Shown here: positions 10,499-21,364 of the stretch, piece after piece | Layout of the letters: every line of letters starts with the position of its first letter | Numbering within the stretch: position 1 is the first letter of the stretch | Assembly (NCBI GenBank): GCA_038321985.1 | Contig: JBBQFN010000004.1 | Coordinates: forward strand, 192,001-256,000 | Direction: 5' to 3' | Length of the DNA: 64,000 nt | DNA from: Cyanophyceae cyanobacterium | GTDB lineage: Bacteria > Cyanobacteriota > Cyanobacteriia > Cyanobacteriales > Laspinemataceae | Position numbers and translations under genes: made by a program | The notes under the pieces: model-generated | The model's input: only the letters and a program-made list of their open reading frames with translations | The model's database searches: none | What the model was told of the DNA's origin: nothing

Positions 10499-10855
10499 TT
10501 ATTCGGTTTCTGTCAAATTTTCTAAAAAGGTTTGTGCTTTTTCTACTAAACCCGGTGCCGGATTTTCATCTCTGAATTCTGCGAGATTTTCTTCATACGC
10601 TTTCTCTTCAGTGTGGATATTTTTGGCATCTTTTACCGCTTCTTCGTAGGATTCTTCCCGACTCTCTAATTGGTTGTCGCGGTGGTTATTATCGATCTTA
10701 TATTCTTCTTTGACTAATCTCGAATCTAAACCCGTGGCTGCTACGCTGGGGTGAGCGAATGCAAAGGCACCGGAAAGACTCATGAAGGTAACTGCACACG
10801 CGATCGCCATCGCTTGCAGGCGGATTTGTTTTAAAGCGGATAAAATTCGTTGCAT
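10499..10855 (-). CDS. Hypothetical exported protein
   Basis: Signal-peptide-like N-terminus followed by a charged helical region. Confidence 0.6.
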   Translation of the reverse strand: MQRILSALKQIRLQAMAIACAVTFMSLSGAFAFAHPSVAATGLDSRLVKEEYKIDNNHRDNQLESREESYEEAVKDAKNIHTEEKAYEENLAEFRDENPAPGLVEKAQTFLENLTETE

Positions 10856-11430
10856 ATCTAATGACCTCTTGGTTCGGGTTAGTTGGAAAGGGGAAGTTGC
10901 TTATATTTAGCATCGTAGGATACGGTTGGATACTCTTACCTCTACCGAGAGATAGATTAAAGCCATACCTAGGTTAGGGGTTGGGAGGGTACGAACCGGG
11001 GCGATCGCTCTCGTTTTACCAGACAGGTATATTTTCTTAAATTATTCCCATATATAGTCGGTATAAATCTGGGGAATAATTATCAGGAAATAAGGGGAAT
11101 GATTTTTGTGGGAAGCGAGATGATGCCAGACTTTTTAGGAACCATTCAATTAAAAGTTTTTATCATAAAAACTCTCTATTTAAATGTAGGTAAATGTCAG
11201 TGCCTTGAAGGAAAAATTATTTTCTTGAAACTTTCTTTATTAAAACAATTCTATACTACGGGCAGGGATAAAAATGTTTTTATGGGTAGGATTAAAATAT
11301 TATTATTTTCTCTCTAAAACATTCCCCTAAATACTCGATGCTTATTTTTAATTTAACATCTTTGTAGGTTTAAGATTTTTATTTTAATTTAATAAATTTA
11401 TTGTTTTATAAACGGCTATTTTGTTGTAGT

Positions 11431-12615
11431 TTATTTTAGCTCGGGTAACTGATTAAACTGGTCCATAAACCGGCGATCAATCCAGTCTTTCCAAGTCCAG
11501 AGTAGCCGAAACGGACCCAAACCAAATTTTCCTCGGGAAGCGATCGCCTTTCCTGTACCCGTGCCAATCAAGGTTAAAAATTGCGGTTGAGGGTGGTAAG
11601 ATTTTAAAGGTTTATCCTGTAAACTTCGGCAGAGATTATCAAATAAAGGTTGTCCTTGTCGCACGGCAAAAACTCCGGCTTTGGGTCGGGGATTATCTAT
11701 CATGGTGGCAATATCTCCCGCTGCAAATATGTTAGAATGAGAGATAGATTGCAATTCTTGATTCACTTGGATAAAACCGCGATTATCGGTAGATAAACCC
11801 GAGGCAGATATCCAATCCGGTGCAGCCGCTTGAGTGACCCAAAATACCCGATCGCACTCTACGGTCAAACCGGCTTCACATTCCAGTTTAAGGAGTTCTG
11901 AGGGCTGGTATTCTAATCGCTTCACGGTTTGTTTTAGGTGCAGTTTAATCCCACGATGTTGCATTAATTGGGTTAAAGTTTGCGCGGCATAACGACTTTG
12001 GTCGGAGAGAATACGACTGTTGCGATGAAAGAGATGATATTCTATATTTGAGCGGAATTTTGGCTCTAAAATTTTGTTAAGATGAGCCTGCATAGATAAA
12101 GTTAATTCTACCCCTCCGGCACCTCCTCCTACGGTTGCTAGACGGCGGAATTTTTGAGGCGATCGCGAGACTTCTTCTAGGAATTGATGCCAGGATTTTA
12201 ATAATTGAGGGACGGGTTTAGCCGGAATGGCATAGGTGGCGGCACCGGGGACGTCAAGGGTAGCCGGAGTGCTGCCAATATCAATAGAGAGAATATCAAA
12301 AGGAACGGGGGGATGGTTGGCGCACAAGACTTGATTATGTTGTAAATCGAGGCCGATCGCGCAGTCGTAATAGAATTGTGCCTGAGCAAAATTTGCTAAG
12401 GGTCTCAAATCGATATGCGCTTGATCAAAGGTATAAAACCCAGCAATATAGCCGGGTAACATTCCTGAATAGGGAGTGTGAAGCACATCGCTAATTAAGG
12501 TGAGGCGAATTCCAGGTAAGGGATTTAGGCCAAATTGTCGCAAGGCGATCGCATGAGAGTGACCCCCACCAATCAAAACAAGGTCTTTAATTCGGGGTTG
12601 CGGTAGGTGCGGCAC
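11431..12615 (-). CDS. FAD-dependent pyridine nucleotide-disulfide oxidoreductase resembling the domain fused N-terminally to SelD
   Basis: LVLIGGGHSH, PYSGMLPG, GGGAGGVE, IFAAGD, PKAGVFAVRQG, WTWKDWIDRRFM. Confidence 0.85.
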   Translation of the reverse strand: MPHLPQPRIKDLVLIGGGHSHAIALRQFGLNPLPGIRLTLISDVLHTPYSGMLPGYIAGFYTFDQAHIDLRPLANFAQAQFYYDCAIGLDLQHNQVLCANHPPVPFDILSIDIGSTPATLDVPGAATYAIPAKPVPQLLKSWHQFLEEVSRSPQKFRRLATVGGGAGGVELTLSMQAHLNKILEPKFRSNIEYHLFHRNSRILSDQSRYAAQTLTQLMQHRGIKLHLKQTVKRLEYQPSELLKLECEAGLTVECDRVFWVTQAAAPDWISASGLSTDNRGFIQVNQELQSISHSNIFAAGDIATMIDNPRPKAGVFAVRQGQPLFDNLCRSLQDKPLKSYHPQPQFLTLIGTGTGKAIASRGKFGLGPFRLLWTWKDWIDRRFMDQFNQLPELK

Positions 12616-12820
12616 GATTGGAATCCGTAGAGTGAGTGTCAGAGGAGATGAAGTATGAAATCTGAAATCTGAAATCTAGATTTTACTTCCTCCCTTTTAC
12701 TCTACCTTGTCCCACCCCAAAATTATCAACCATACAGGGCATAAAATGATACGATCACAAAGCAGTAGATTGCTCAATAAAAGCGGCAATCATATCGGGT
12801 TGCCATCTGAATCGCATATT

Positions 12821-14578
12821 ATGAAATCAATCAACGAACTACTAAAAACCCAAGTTGAGAAAGCGCTAGTCGCTGCTTATGGGGAAGAAATGGCGGGAAC
12901 TGATCCAATTTTAGTGCCAACGACTAATCCTAAATTTGGCGATTATCAAGCCAATTTGGCGATGTCCTTGGCAAAGCCTTTAAAGCAAAAACCCCGAGAT
13001 ATTGCCCAAAAAATTATAGACCATCTGGATATAGCGGAATTTTGCGAACCGCCGGAAATTGCCGGACCCGGATTTATTAATTTTACCCTAAAACCCAGCT
13101 ATTTAGAACAGCAACTGGCTACAATTGAGGGCGATTTACGGCTGGGTATTGAACCTGTCACCCACCCGAAACGAGTAGTGGTGGATTTTTCTAGTCCGAA
13201 TATTGCTAAAGAAATGCACGTCGGTCATTTACGCTCTACCATTATTGGAGATAGTATCGCCCGGATTTTAGAGTTTTGGGGTCATGATGTTTTGCGCCTC
13301 AATCATGTAGGGGATTGGGGTACGCAATTTGGAATGTTGATTACCTATTTGAGGGAAGTCTATCCTGACGCATTGACTACGGCCAATGCCTTGGATTTGG
13401 GGGATTTGGTAGCGTTTTATAAAAAGGCCAAAAAGCGCTTCGATGAAGATGAGGAATTCCGCGAAATTTCACGGCAACAAGTAGTAAAATTGCAAGGGGG
13501 CGATCGCGATGCTCACCGTGCCTGGGAACTGCTGTGTGAACAATCCCGCCAGGAATTTCAAAAAATTTACGATTTGCTGAATATTCAGCTTACGGAACGA
13601 GGAGAATCCTTCTACAATCCTTTGCTTTCTAAGGTGGTAGAGGACTTAGAAACTCAAGGATTATTAGTTGAAGACCAAGGTGCAAAATGCGTATTTTTAG
13701 AGGGGTTTACCAACAAAGAAGGAGAACCTCAGCCTTTAATTGTGCAGAAGACGAATGGGGGATATAATTATGCAACGACCGACCTAGCTGCATTGCGTTA
13801 TCGGATTGAAGAGGATAAATGCGATCGCATTATTTATGTAACGGATATCGGTCAATCCACCCACTTCGCTCAATTCTTTCAAGTTGCTAGACGCGCCGGT
13901 TGGATTCCTGAAACTGTCGAAGTTGTGCATATCCCCTTTGGATTAGTGCTTGGAGAAGGCGGAAAGAAACTCAAAACCCGCGAAGGAGATACGGTGCGCT
14001 TACGGGATTTATTAGATGAAGCGGTCATTCGTGCTCGCGCTCAACTCCAGAGTATTATCCAAGAAGAAGGACGTTCCGAAAGCGAAGAATTCATCGAAAA
14101 TGTGGCGAGGGTTGTCGGAATTGGCGCGGTAAAATATGCCGACCTCAGCCAAAATCGCAGCAGTAGTTACGTCTTTAGTTATGATAAAATGCTCTCCCTA
14201 CAAGGCAATACTGCTCCCTATATGCTGTATGCTTTTGTGCGAATTCAGGGAATTAGTCGTCAAGGCAATATCGATTTCCAAAAGCTCGGGTCTGATATTC
14301 CCATTCAATTGGGAGAAGAGACAGAATTGGCCTTAGCCAAGCATATCCTTAGTTTGAGTGAAGTCCTCCAAGAGGTAGAAAAAGAACTCTTACCCAATCG
14401 TCTCTGTGAATACCTCTATCAACTCAGTAAAAAATTCAATCAGTTCTATGAAAATTGTCCGGTGTTGCAAGCCGAGGAACCTAAGAGAACCTCTCGCTTA
14501 TTACTGTGTGATTTAGCTGCAAAAACCCTAGAACTGGGGTTATCTTTACTGGGAATTGAAATTATTGAACGGATGTAA
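12821..14578 (+). CDS. argS: Arginine--tRNA ligase
   Basis: [41 protein letters not shown]-terminus; ATG 12821 preferred to the track start 12707. Confidence 0.97.
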   Translation: MKSINELLKTQVEKALVAAYGEEMAGTDPILVPTTNPKFGDYQANLAMSLAKPLKQKPRDIAQKIIDHLDIAEFCEPPEIAGPGFINFTLKPSYLEQQLATIEGDLRLGIEPVTHPKRVVVDFSSPNIAKEMHVGHLRSTIIGDSIARILEFWGHDVLRLNHVGDWGTQFGMLITYLREVYPDALTTANALDLGDLVAFYKKAKKRFDEDEEFREISRQQVVKLQGGDRDAHRAWELLCEQSRQEFQKIYDLLNIQLTERGESFYNPLLSKVVEDLETQGLLVEDQGAKCVFLEGFTNKEGEPQPLIVQKTNGGYNYATTDLAALRYRIEEDKCDRIIYVTDIGQSTHFAQFFQVARRAGWIPETVEVVHIPFGLVLGEGGKKLKTREGDTVRLRDLLDEAVIRARAQLQSIIQEEGRSESEEFIENVARVVGIGAVKYADLSQNRSSSYVFSYDKMLSLQGNTAPYMLYAFVRIQGISRQGNIDFQKLGSDIPIQLGEETELALAKHILSLSEVLQEVEKELLPNRLCEYLYQLSKKFNQFYENCPVLQAEEPKRTSRLLLCDLAAKTLELGLSLLGIEIIERM

Positions 14579-14915
14579 TAGGCTCAGGAGTGGGAAGAAT
14601 AAATAGGAGAAAAACCCGGAATTTTGCCCCCGCTGGGTAGCCAAGCCAGCCTAAATTTTATGAAAAAACCCGGTTTCTAACTTTTACTTTCCCTCCTCTA
14701 GAGTATCAGTTCCCCGTTAAGGAGTTAGACATCATTCAAGTAAAGATAGAAACCGGGATGAAAAAGACCGGGATTCCTGCTTATGCAGGAATGACCGCCT
14801 TGAATAGCTAGGTGTCTGTACTGAATTTATTTAGGTTCACCTATTTAGAGTAAGGGACAAGAATCGGTTTTCTTGTCCTTTTTATCTAATATTGACCGGA
14901 CTTTTGATAGATGCT

Positions 14916-16073
14916 TTAGCTATTCCCGGCACTAGCTTGGAACTTTTCAACAATCCAATCAAATGTTTCCAGAACTCGTTCTAGGGAACTTTCATCCTGT
15001 AAGGTGGATAGCCGAAAACTCGGCAATCGGGTTTCTTCAGAATCTGCCGGTAGGGACAGACCGATCGAACTTAAATGAGAGCGCAATTCTTGCCAGTTTT
15101 GTTCGGAATCAAAAGGCGGCTGAGTGGCATAACTGCCGCTAGAAATCACGAATTCTCCGGAAATATCCACTGTAAACAGGGCAATCGATTTCCGGCCCTT
15201 TAGCTTTAATTTAGCCACAAATCCGCCATAAAGTTCTCCAGTTCCCCAGACCACTTCGATCGCCGGTTCCTTACGCCGTCCCCATTCTTGAATACGGCGG
15301 GCCATCTGCGCTTCCTCATAACCTTGGCGCATTTCAAATTCGTGAAAGAAAGACGCCTCATCCCAGCGTCGTCTCTCGCGAGTCGCACTGGATTTTTTCT
15401 GTTGAGCTTCAGCGGTTTGGCCGATTACCCTTGGAACTAATGTTTTAAGTCCATCTTGACTGACATATTGCTTAATTTCAACGGCTAAAACTTCCGTTGG
15501 GTCTAATTGTTCATTCAGAAATTCTACTACGCGCCTCAGTTCAGGACAGACTTCATCGGACACAAAAACCAACCGCAGTTTTCCAGCTTGTAAATTGGTT
15601 TTAACCTTTTCCCAAAATCGGTCTTCATGAGCATCTCCCCCCAGAAAAGTTTCAAAAATTTGTTCGGGGTCCCGACCTGCATCGCGGCAATTTGATTCAA
15701 ATTGGGTAATGATTGACTCCATGGGCCAATACACTAAAACATTGGCGGCATAGTCCAACATTTGACCGACAATTTCTCGACGAATTCGAGCCTCTTGAGA
15801 GTGTTTAACCGCGACCAGGGTAGGAATAGCATTCTGGTCCAGAAATAAATGCTCAAAAGACCATTGACCGTTGGCCTCATCATCGGTAGGGAGGGACATT
15901 TCCCGGGAAATTAATAACCATTGTCGGGGAGTGGCCCGATCAATTTGGTCTCCCGCTACTAGGTTGGGATATTTTTCCAGTAATTCTTGCAGTCGGTCTT
16001 CGGTGTCATACGCTTGTTCTATCATTTCCACAAGCCGATCGTCGTCTTGTATGAGGTAAATGCCTCCACCCAT
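14916..16073 (-). CDS. PD-(D/E)XK (NucS-like) fold protein, catalytic motif apparently degenerate
   Basis: EDRLQELLEKYP...EHLFLDQ..IPTLVAVK...RREIVGQMLDYAAN. Confidence 0.6.
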   Translation of the reverse strand: MGGGIYLIQDDDRLVEMIEQAYDTEDRLQELLEKYPNLVAGDQIDRATPRQWLLISREMSLPTDDEANGQWSFEHLFLDQNAIPTLVAVKHSQEARIRREIVGQMLDYAANVLVYWPMESIITQFESNCRDAGRDPEQIFETFLGGDAHEDRFWEKVKTNLQAGKLRLVFVSDEVCPELRRVVEFLNEQLDPTEVLAVEIKQYVSQDGLKTLVPRVIGQTAEAQQKKSSATRERRRWDEASFFHEFEMRQGYEEAQMARRIQEWGRRKEPAIEVVWGTGELYGGFVAKLKLKGRKSIALFTVDISGEFVISSGSYATQPPFDSEQNWQELRSHLSSIGLSLPADSEETRLPSFRLSTLQDESSLERVLETFDWIVEKFQASAGNS

Positions 16074-16124
16074 CCCTGTTCTCCGTTTTATGATTAGTGT
16101 TGCGATCTGGATGTAGGCGCGGAT

Positions 16125-16979
16125 TTAGATCCGGCCTGAGAATACTCGTTCGGCAGGACCCGTCATGTAAAGTCGGCCATTGGATTCAGACCATTCAATG
16201 ATCAGGGGGCCGCCTGGAAGATCGAGGGTCGCTTGGCGATCGCATCGACCCGTGAGCACCCCTGCCACTAAGGAGGCACAGGCCCCGGTCCCACAAGCCA
16301 AGGTTGCACCGGCCCCCCGTTCCCAAACTCTCATCTTTAGGTGCGTTCGTCCAATCACTTGAATAAACTCAGTATTGGTCCGCTTCGGAAAAGCTGGATG
16401 ATGCTCGAACTGAGGACCGACTGCCGCAAGGTCTATGCTATCGACGTCTTCTACAAAGGTTATGCAGTGGGGATTTCCCATGCTAACGCAGGTCACATTC
16501 CAGGTTTTTCCCGCCACTTCCAAGGGGACATCAACTGCCTTCTCCCCGGGAGGACAGAGGGTTGTAGGAATTTCTGACCCTAGCAAGCGAGGTAAGCCCA
16601 TATCTACAGTAACTTGACCGTCCGATTTCAGGGTTAGGGTCATTACCCCAGCAAGGGTGTGGATGCGATATTCTCCGGTTCCCGTAGAGGAACTGCGGGT
16701 CGGGACGCCCAGATCCCCCAGAAACCGCGCTAAACAGCGGATGCCATTGCCGCACATTTCCGGTTCCGAAGCATCGGAGTTATAGATCCGCATGGTGTAG
16801 TCCGTGTCGGGTTCCGTCGCGGGAAGGGCAAAAATTACCCCATCGGCACCGATACCAAAATTGCGATCGCATAACTGTTCGGCCTGGGACGGCGTTATCA
16901 TAGGTTCCAGGTTCTGACGATTGTCAATCAGAATGAAATCATTTCCCAACCCTTGATATTTGGTAAACTCTAAACTCAT
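16125..16979 (-). CDS. dapF: Diaminopimelate epimerase
   Basis: [37 protein letters not shown]. Confidence 0.97.
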   Translation of the reverse strand: MSLEFTKYQGLGNDFILIDNRQNLEPMITPSQAEQLCDRNFGIGADGVIFALPATEPDTDYTMRIYNSDASEPEMCGNGIRCLARFLGDLGVPTRSSSTGTGEYRIHTLAGVMTLTLKSDGQVTVDMGLPRLLGSEIPTTLCPPGEKAVDVPLEVAGKTWNVTCVSMGNPHCITFVEDVDSIDLAAVGPQFEHHPAFPKRTNTEFIQVIGRTHLKMRVWERGAGATLACGTGACASLVAGVLTGRCDRQATLDLPGGPLIIEWSESNGRLYMTGPAERVFSGRI

Positions 16980-17299
16980 TGCTTCTACTCGCGATTGTTC
17001 GGGTTCTTGTCATGATTTTATTAGATATTACCCGATGTTAAAGTTCCCACTTTTGGGAGCATAATCTTTAATCCCGAGGGAAAAGCGCGATCGCCGTCTA
17101 GATCCCTAATAGCCTCCGGGTCTGCCGCGATGTTATCCCTTACCCCGTCGGAGTTGGTTCGATGACGGGGTAACATCGTAATAGAGCCGTTTGACGGCTT
17201 AACATCGAGGCCAAAGAACCGTTTCCCCTAAGTTTTGTTTGATTTGGTCCGATGTTGTGCGATTTTGATGCCAAATTTTCTATCTTTGAGACCTAAATC

Positions 17300-17512
17300 A
17301 TGTCTGACTTCGACACTAACTTACCCAGCATTCGCCAAGTTCAAAATTTCATTAAAGAGAAACATGAGGTAGAACTCAAACTGGTAACCGGAGATTTACT
17401 AGCCGGTAAAATTTTTTGGCAGGATAAAGACTGCATTTCTCTGCTGGATCACTACGACAAACAAACCATCATCTGGCGTCATTCAATTGTTTATCTGAAG
17501 CCAAAATCCTAA
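17300..17512 (+). CDS. hfq: Cyanobacterial Hfq (Sm-like) protein
   Basis: FDTNLPSIRQVQNFI...ELKLVTGD...GKIFWQD; divergent from dapF as usual in cyanobacteria. Confidence 0.9.
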   Translation: MSDFDTNLPSIRQVQNFIKEKHEVELKLVTGDLLAGKIFWQDKDCISLLDHYDKQTIIWRHSIVYLKPKS

Positions 17513-17551
17513 CCCGCGTCCGGTTTGGCCTCAGTTTACCCTCGGAACCCT

Positions 17552-19888
17552 TTAGCCGCGATCGCTGGGAAGCCCTTCCTTAAGGGTTTCACTCTGGTGG
17601 GCTTTAGTCATGGAAACTGTGACAGAGGCAGATTGGCCCGGATTGGGTACTAACCAAATTTGGATCCGTTTGAGGGAGAGGAGACTGCCGCACAGAAGGA
17701 GGCGATCGCCTGCTTGCACTACCGTACCTCCGTGAGGAAACCGAATAAACTGCCCTTCCCGGCGAATCGCTTGCACCTGCACCTCATACTCGGCCCGCAA
17801 ATCCAATTGAGCAAGGGTTTTATCCGTTACCGGACTCTTTTCCGAGACCATCAGCCATTGACAGGAGCGATTTTCTTGGGGAATCGCCACCTCTCCCCGG
17901 GCTAACTGCTCAAATGTGGTCAGTTCTTGTACTTGTCCCACCACCAAGAGTTTATCTCCTGTTACCAGGGCTGTATCAGCGGTGGGATAATCGATTTCTT
18001 CGCCATTCAAGCGGCGGATTGCCATTAAACTGACACCGCTGAGTCGGCGCAGATCGGTTTGTTCTAGGGTCATCCCGGCCAAAGGAGACCCTTCGGGTAA
18101 GGGATACCATTTGCTGTTCATATCTAATGCTGCCACCTGTAACTCCCGGGAGACTTCCGAGGGCGATCGCGCCGGACGCAATTCTAAATAGTGGTGGCTG
18201 CGAATTTGTTCAATTTCTCGACGAATCCCTGGCAAGGGTAATCCAACGCCGAGTAACAGGTGGGTTGCCAGTTCTAGACTCACCTCAAATTCCGATTGCA
18301 CCACTTCCGAGGCCCCAAGCTGATAAAGGAGTTCGATGTCCTTTTCTTGGTTCGCCTGAACCACCACATCCAATTCTGGAGATAATTCGAGCGATCGCTT
18401 CAGGCACAACCGGGTACTCATGGGGTCCGGCAGGGCAACAGCTACCGCCTTCGCCTGATCCACCCCTGCCGCCTCCAACACGTGCAACGACGCCGCATTG
18501 CCGTAAATATAGGGAATCCCTGCCGCCCGCAGTTGCCCGATCGCCCGTTCCGAACTATCAATCACGACCAACGGATAATTATGAGCTTGTAGCAGTTGAA
18601 CGACTTTTTTGCCAACCCGTCCATACCCACAAACCACGACGCGATTGGGCAAGGGCACCTCTTCCGATGCAGCCCTAGGCCCACTGGTATCTTCAAAAAA
18701 TCGATTTAACCAGACCTGGTTTTCTGCCCAATCCAGCAATTTTGGCACCAGTCGCAACACGAACGGCGTTACCACCAGGGTTACAGCAGTCGTCCCTAAA
18801 ATTAACAGATACACCGGACGGGAAACCAACCCAGTTGCTAGTCCTTGTGCCGTCAATACAAAGGAAAATTCCCCAATTTGGGCTAACCCCAACCCGACAA
18901 TCAAAGCCGTTCTCAGGGGATAGCCAAAGCTGGTAACAATCGGGGTAATGATTAAAAATTTGCCCACAAACACTAAACAGACTAACCCCAGAATTAGTTC
19001 CAGATTCTGCCACAGAAACACGGGGTCAATTAGCATTCCCACCGAGACAAAAAAGAGGGCCGCTAAAATATCTCGCAGGGGTTCTACATAAGTTAGAGTT
19101 TGGTCGGCATATTCCACTTCCGAAATCATCAACCCGGCCACGAAAGCGCCCATTTCGATAGAAAATCCCAGGTAGTAGGTAACTAGGGCAATTCCCAAAC
19201 ATAAGGCAATCACCCCGAGTAAAAACAGTTCTTGACTCTCAGTTTTGGCGAGAAACCTTAATAAGGGGGGAACCAGGTAGAGTCCCACCGCCACCGCCGC
19301 GATCGCAAATAGTCCAATTCGCACCACCGCTGAAAGCACCGCCATTCCGATCGCTTCAGGGGGTTCGTTCAGGGCCGGTAAGACCGCTAACATGAATCCC
19401 AAGGCCAAGTCTTGCACTACCAAGATCCCTAACATGACCTGACCCTGTAGGGTGGGGAGTTCGTTGCGTTCCATCAAACATTTCAGGACGACAGCGGTGG
19501 AGGAGAGGGAGAGAATTGCCCCTAAGAAAACTCCTTGAGACCAAGAGGTACACCAGCCCATCCCCAAAGAAACGACCGTCGTCACCGCGATCGTCAGGAC
19601 GATTTGCAGCGTGCCACCCCCAAGACTAATCCCTTTAACTTTTTTAAGTTCTGCAAAGGAAAACTCAACTCCCAGGGCAAATAAAAGTAGGGCCACTCCA
19701 AATTGAGCCAAGGTTTCAACTTGAATCAGTTCTTTGATCCATCCCAACCCGGCGGGACCTACAACTATCCCGCCCAGTAAATAGCCTAGAATTGCAGGTT
19801 GACCCAGGAGGGAAGCGAATAAACCACCACTCGCAGCGGCGGCTAGCATAGTTACTAAGTCAAGGATGAGTCTAAAGTCTTCTTGCAC
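17552..19888 (-). CDS. CPA2 cation:proton antiporter (KefC-like) with TrkA-N and two TrkA-C (RCK_C) domains
   Basis: Multiple TM helices, LSSTAVV, QIGEFSF, VVCGYGRVG, two C-terminal RCK_C repeats. Confidence 0.9.
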   Translation of the reverse strand: MQEDFRLILDLVTMLAAAASGGLFASLLGQPAILGYLLGGIVVGPAGLGWIKELIQVETLAQFGVALLLFALGVEFSFAELKKVKGISLGGGTLQIVLTIAVTTVVSLGMGWCTSWSQGVFLGAILSLSSTAVVLKCLMERNELPTLQGQVMLGILVVQDLALGFMLAVLPALNEPPEAIGMAVLSAVVRIGLFAIAAVAVGLYLVPPLLRFLAKTESQELFLLGVIALCLGIALVTYYLGFSIEMGAFVAGLMISEVEYADQTLTYVEPLRDILAALFFVSVGMLIDPVFLWQNLELILGLVCLVFVGKFLIITPIVTSFGYPLRTALIVGLGLAQIGEFSFVLTAQGLATGLVSRPVYLLILGTTAVTLVVTPFVLRLVPKLLDWAENQVWLNRFFEDTSGPRAASEEVPLPNRVVVCGYGRVGKKVVQLLQAHNYPLVVIDSSERAIGQLRAAGIPYIYGNAASLHVLEAAGVDQAKAVAVALPDPMSTRLCLKRSLELSPELDVVVQANQEKDIELLYQLGASEVVQSEFEVSLELATHLLLGVGLPLPGIRREIEQIRSHHYLELRPARSPSEVSRELQVAALDMNSKWYPLPEGSPLAGMTLEQTDLRRLSGVSLMAIRRLNGEEIDYPTADTALVTGDKLLVVGQVQELTTFEQLARGEVAIPQENRSCQWLMVSEKSPVTDKTLAQLDLRAEYEVQVQAIRREGQFIRFPHGGTVVQAGDRLLLCGSLLSLKRIQIWLVPNPGQSASVTVSMTKAHQSETLKEGLPSDRG

Positions 19889-20209
19889 GGGTGCCTGTAA
19901 AAATGAGAGAAATGTTAAGGTCTATAACAATTTAGGATAACGACTTTTTTGGGTAAGCATAAGGGATGATGCGGGTAACGACAGCAAGTCTTTATTACAA
20001 ACTTCTGGGTGACTGGGTTCAAGCCGAGTCACGAGAACCACTGACCCCAATCCACTCCATCTCCTCAATCTGCCCTCGGAACCGGCATGATAAAATAAAG
20101 AGCCTAAATTTAGGCCGATGTTACATCGCAACTATCCGTTTAATTGGTGGAACCTGACTCGATCGCCCGTAAGTCTATCTAGCAAGCATAAAACAGACGA
20201 ACATTAAGA

Positions 20210-21160
20210 ATGATGACTCACCTGCATAGCTCTAATCCGACCGGGAATGGGATGTTGGCTTGGCTGTTGAGAGGAGCCAATCCCAGAATCTCGCAACAAG
20301 TCAAAGCCAAAACTGCTCCTGTGATTGGATTAACCGTTTCGGTACTTCTAGCCCTTGCTAATTCCGTGCAAGCGTTAGAAGTCCAGGTGAAACCCGAGAA
20401 TCCGCAACTGGGAGATACCCTCTCCGTGGTGATTTCAACTGACGCCTCAGATCCAGCCACGCCAACGGTGACCTCTCCAGATGGCACAGTCCAAGTGTTT
20501 CCCATTGGTGGCAATCGGTATCGCGCCATGATCCCGACGACCCCTTTAAATCAAGCCGGACGATGGGAAATTCGCGTGGAAGGGGAAAGCCAAACCCGCA
20601 ATATAGCCGTGTGGGTCAGCGATCGCGAGTTTCCAACCCAATCTATTTGGCTACCTCCGGGTAAGGACGACCTCGAAGGCACGGATTTTGAATTCGATCG
20701 CGTGGATGAATTTAAAAAACTGGTGACCCCTGAGAAATTCTGGAATGGTCCGTTTATGCGTCCCAATAACGGACCGATTACTACGATTTACGGAGTCCGT
20801 CGCTATTATAATGGGGTGTTTGCCGATGATTATTACCATCGAGGTGTAGACTATGCAGGACCCCAAGGTTCTGTAGTGGTAGCTCCTGCTGCCGGTCGAA
20901 TCGCCTTGGTCGGACGGGAATCAGAAGGATTTGAAATTCATGGCAACGTCGTTGGGATCGATCACGGACAGGGCGTTACTTCTCTGTATTTGCACCTGAG
21001 TCGCATCGACGTCCAGGAAGGCGATATGGTGCAACCGGGTCAAGCGATCGGTGCAGTCGGGTCAACTGGTGCTTCTACCGGACCTCATCTGCACTGGGGG
21101 TTATACGTTCATGGACAATCAGTCGATCCGGTTCCCTGGCGATATGAGGGAGTAGAATAA
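20210..21160 (+). CDS. M23 family metallopeptidase
   Basis: HRGVDY, IDHG, YLHLS, STGPHLHW; hydrophobic signal region; start position uncertain. Confidence 0.9.
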   Translation: MMTHLHSSNPTGNGMLAWLLRGANPRISQQVKAKTAPVIGLTVSVLLALANSVQALEVQVKPENPQLGDTLSVVISTDASDPATPTVTSPDGTVQVFPIGGNRYRAMIPTTPLNQAGRWEIRVEGESQTRNIAVWVSDREFPTQSIWLPPGKDDLEGTDFEFDRVDEFKKLVTPEKFWNGPFMRPNNGPITTIYGVRRYYNGVFADDYYHRGVDYAGPQGSVVVAPAAGRIALVGRESEGFEIHGNVVGIDHGQGVTSLYLHLSRIDVQEGDMVQPGQAIGAVGSTGASTGPHLHWGLYVHGQSVDPVPWRYEGVE

Positions 21161-21364
21161 CTTTCATTAGGCATTGAGTACAGCAAAACCGCCCTCGACC
21201 TAGGGATACTCTGGAGTTTTCTGGTGTTGACACTAGGTTAAGGCGTAATTGTAGGGCAAAATCTGTGCAGGGTTGTCCTTGCGATCGCAGAGTTTTAAGG
21301 TGGTAATTGCCACTTTAAATCCTTGGGTCAACTGAAAAAAGTGCCGTGGAGCAGCAGAGGCAGT

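Noticed and set aside
12707..12820. Extended N-termini given in the track for argS, comFB, wzt, nrtP, paralogue B and the C39 peptidase
   Set aside because: Downstream ATGs fit family N-termini, RBS positions or stop/start overlaps better.
18127..18678. 183-aa antisense ORF and the many other 60-160 aa ORFs overlapping called genes
   Set aside because: Shadow frames of well-supported genes, with no motifs of their own.
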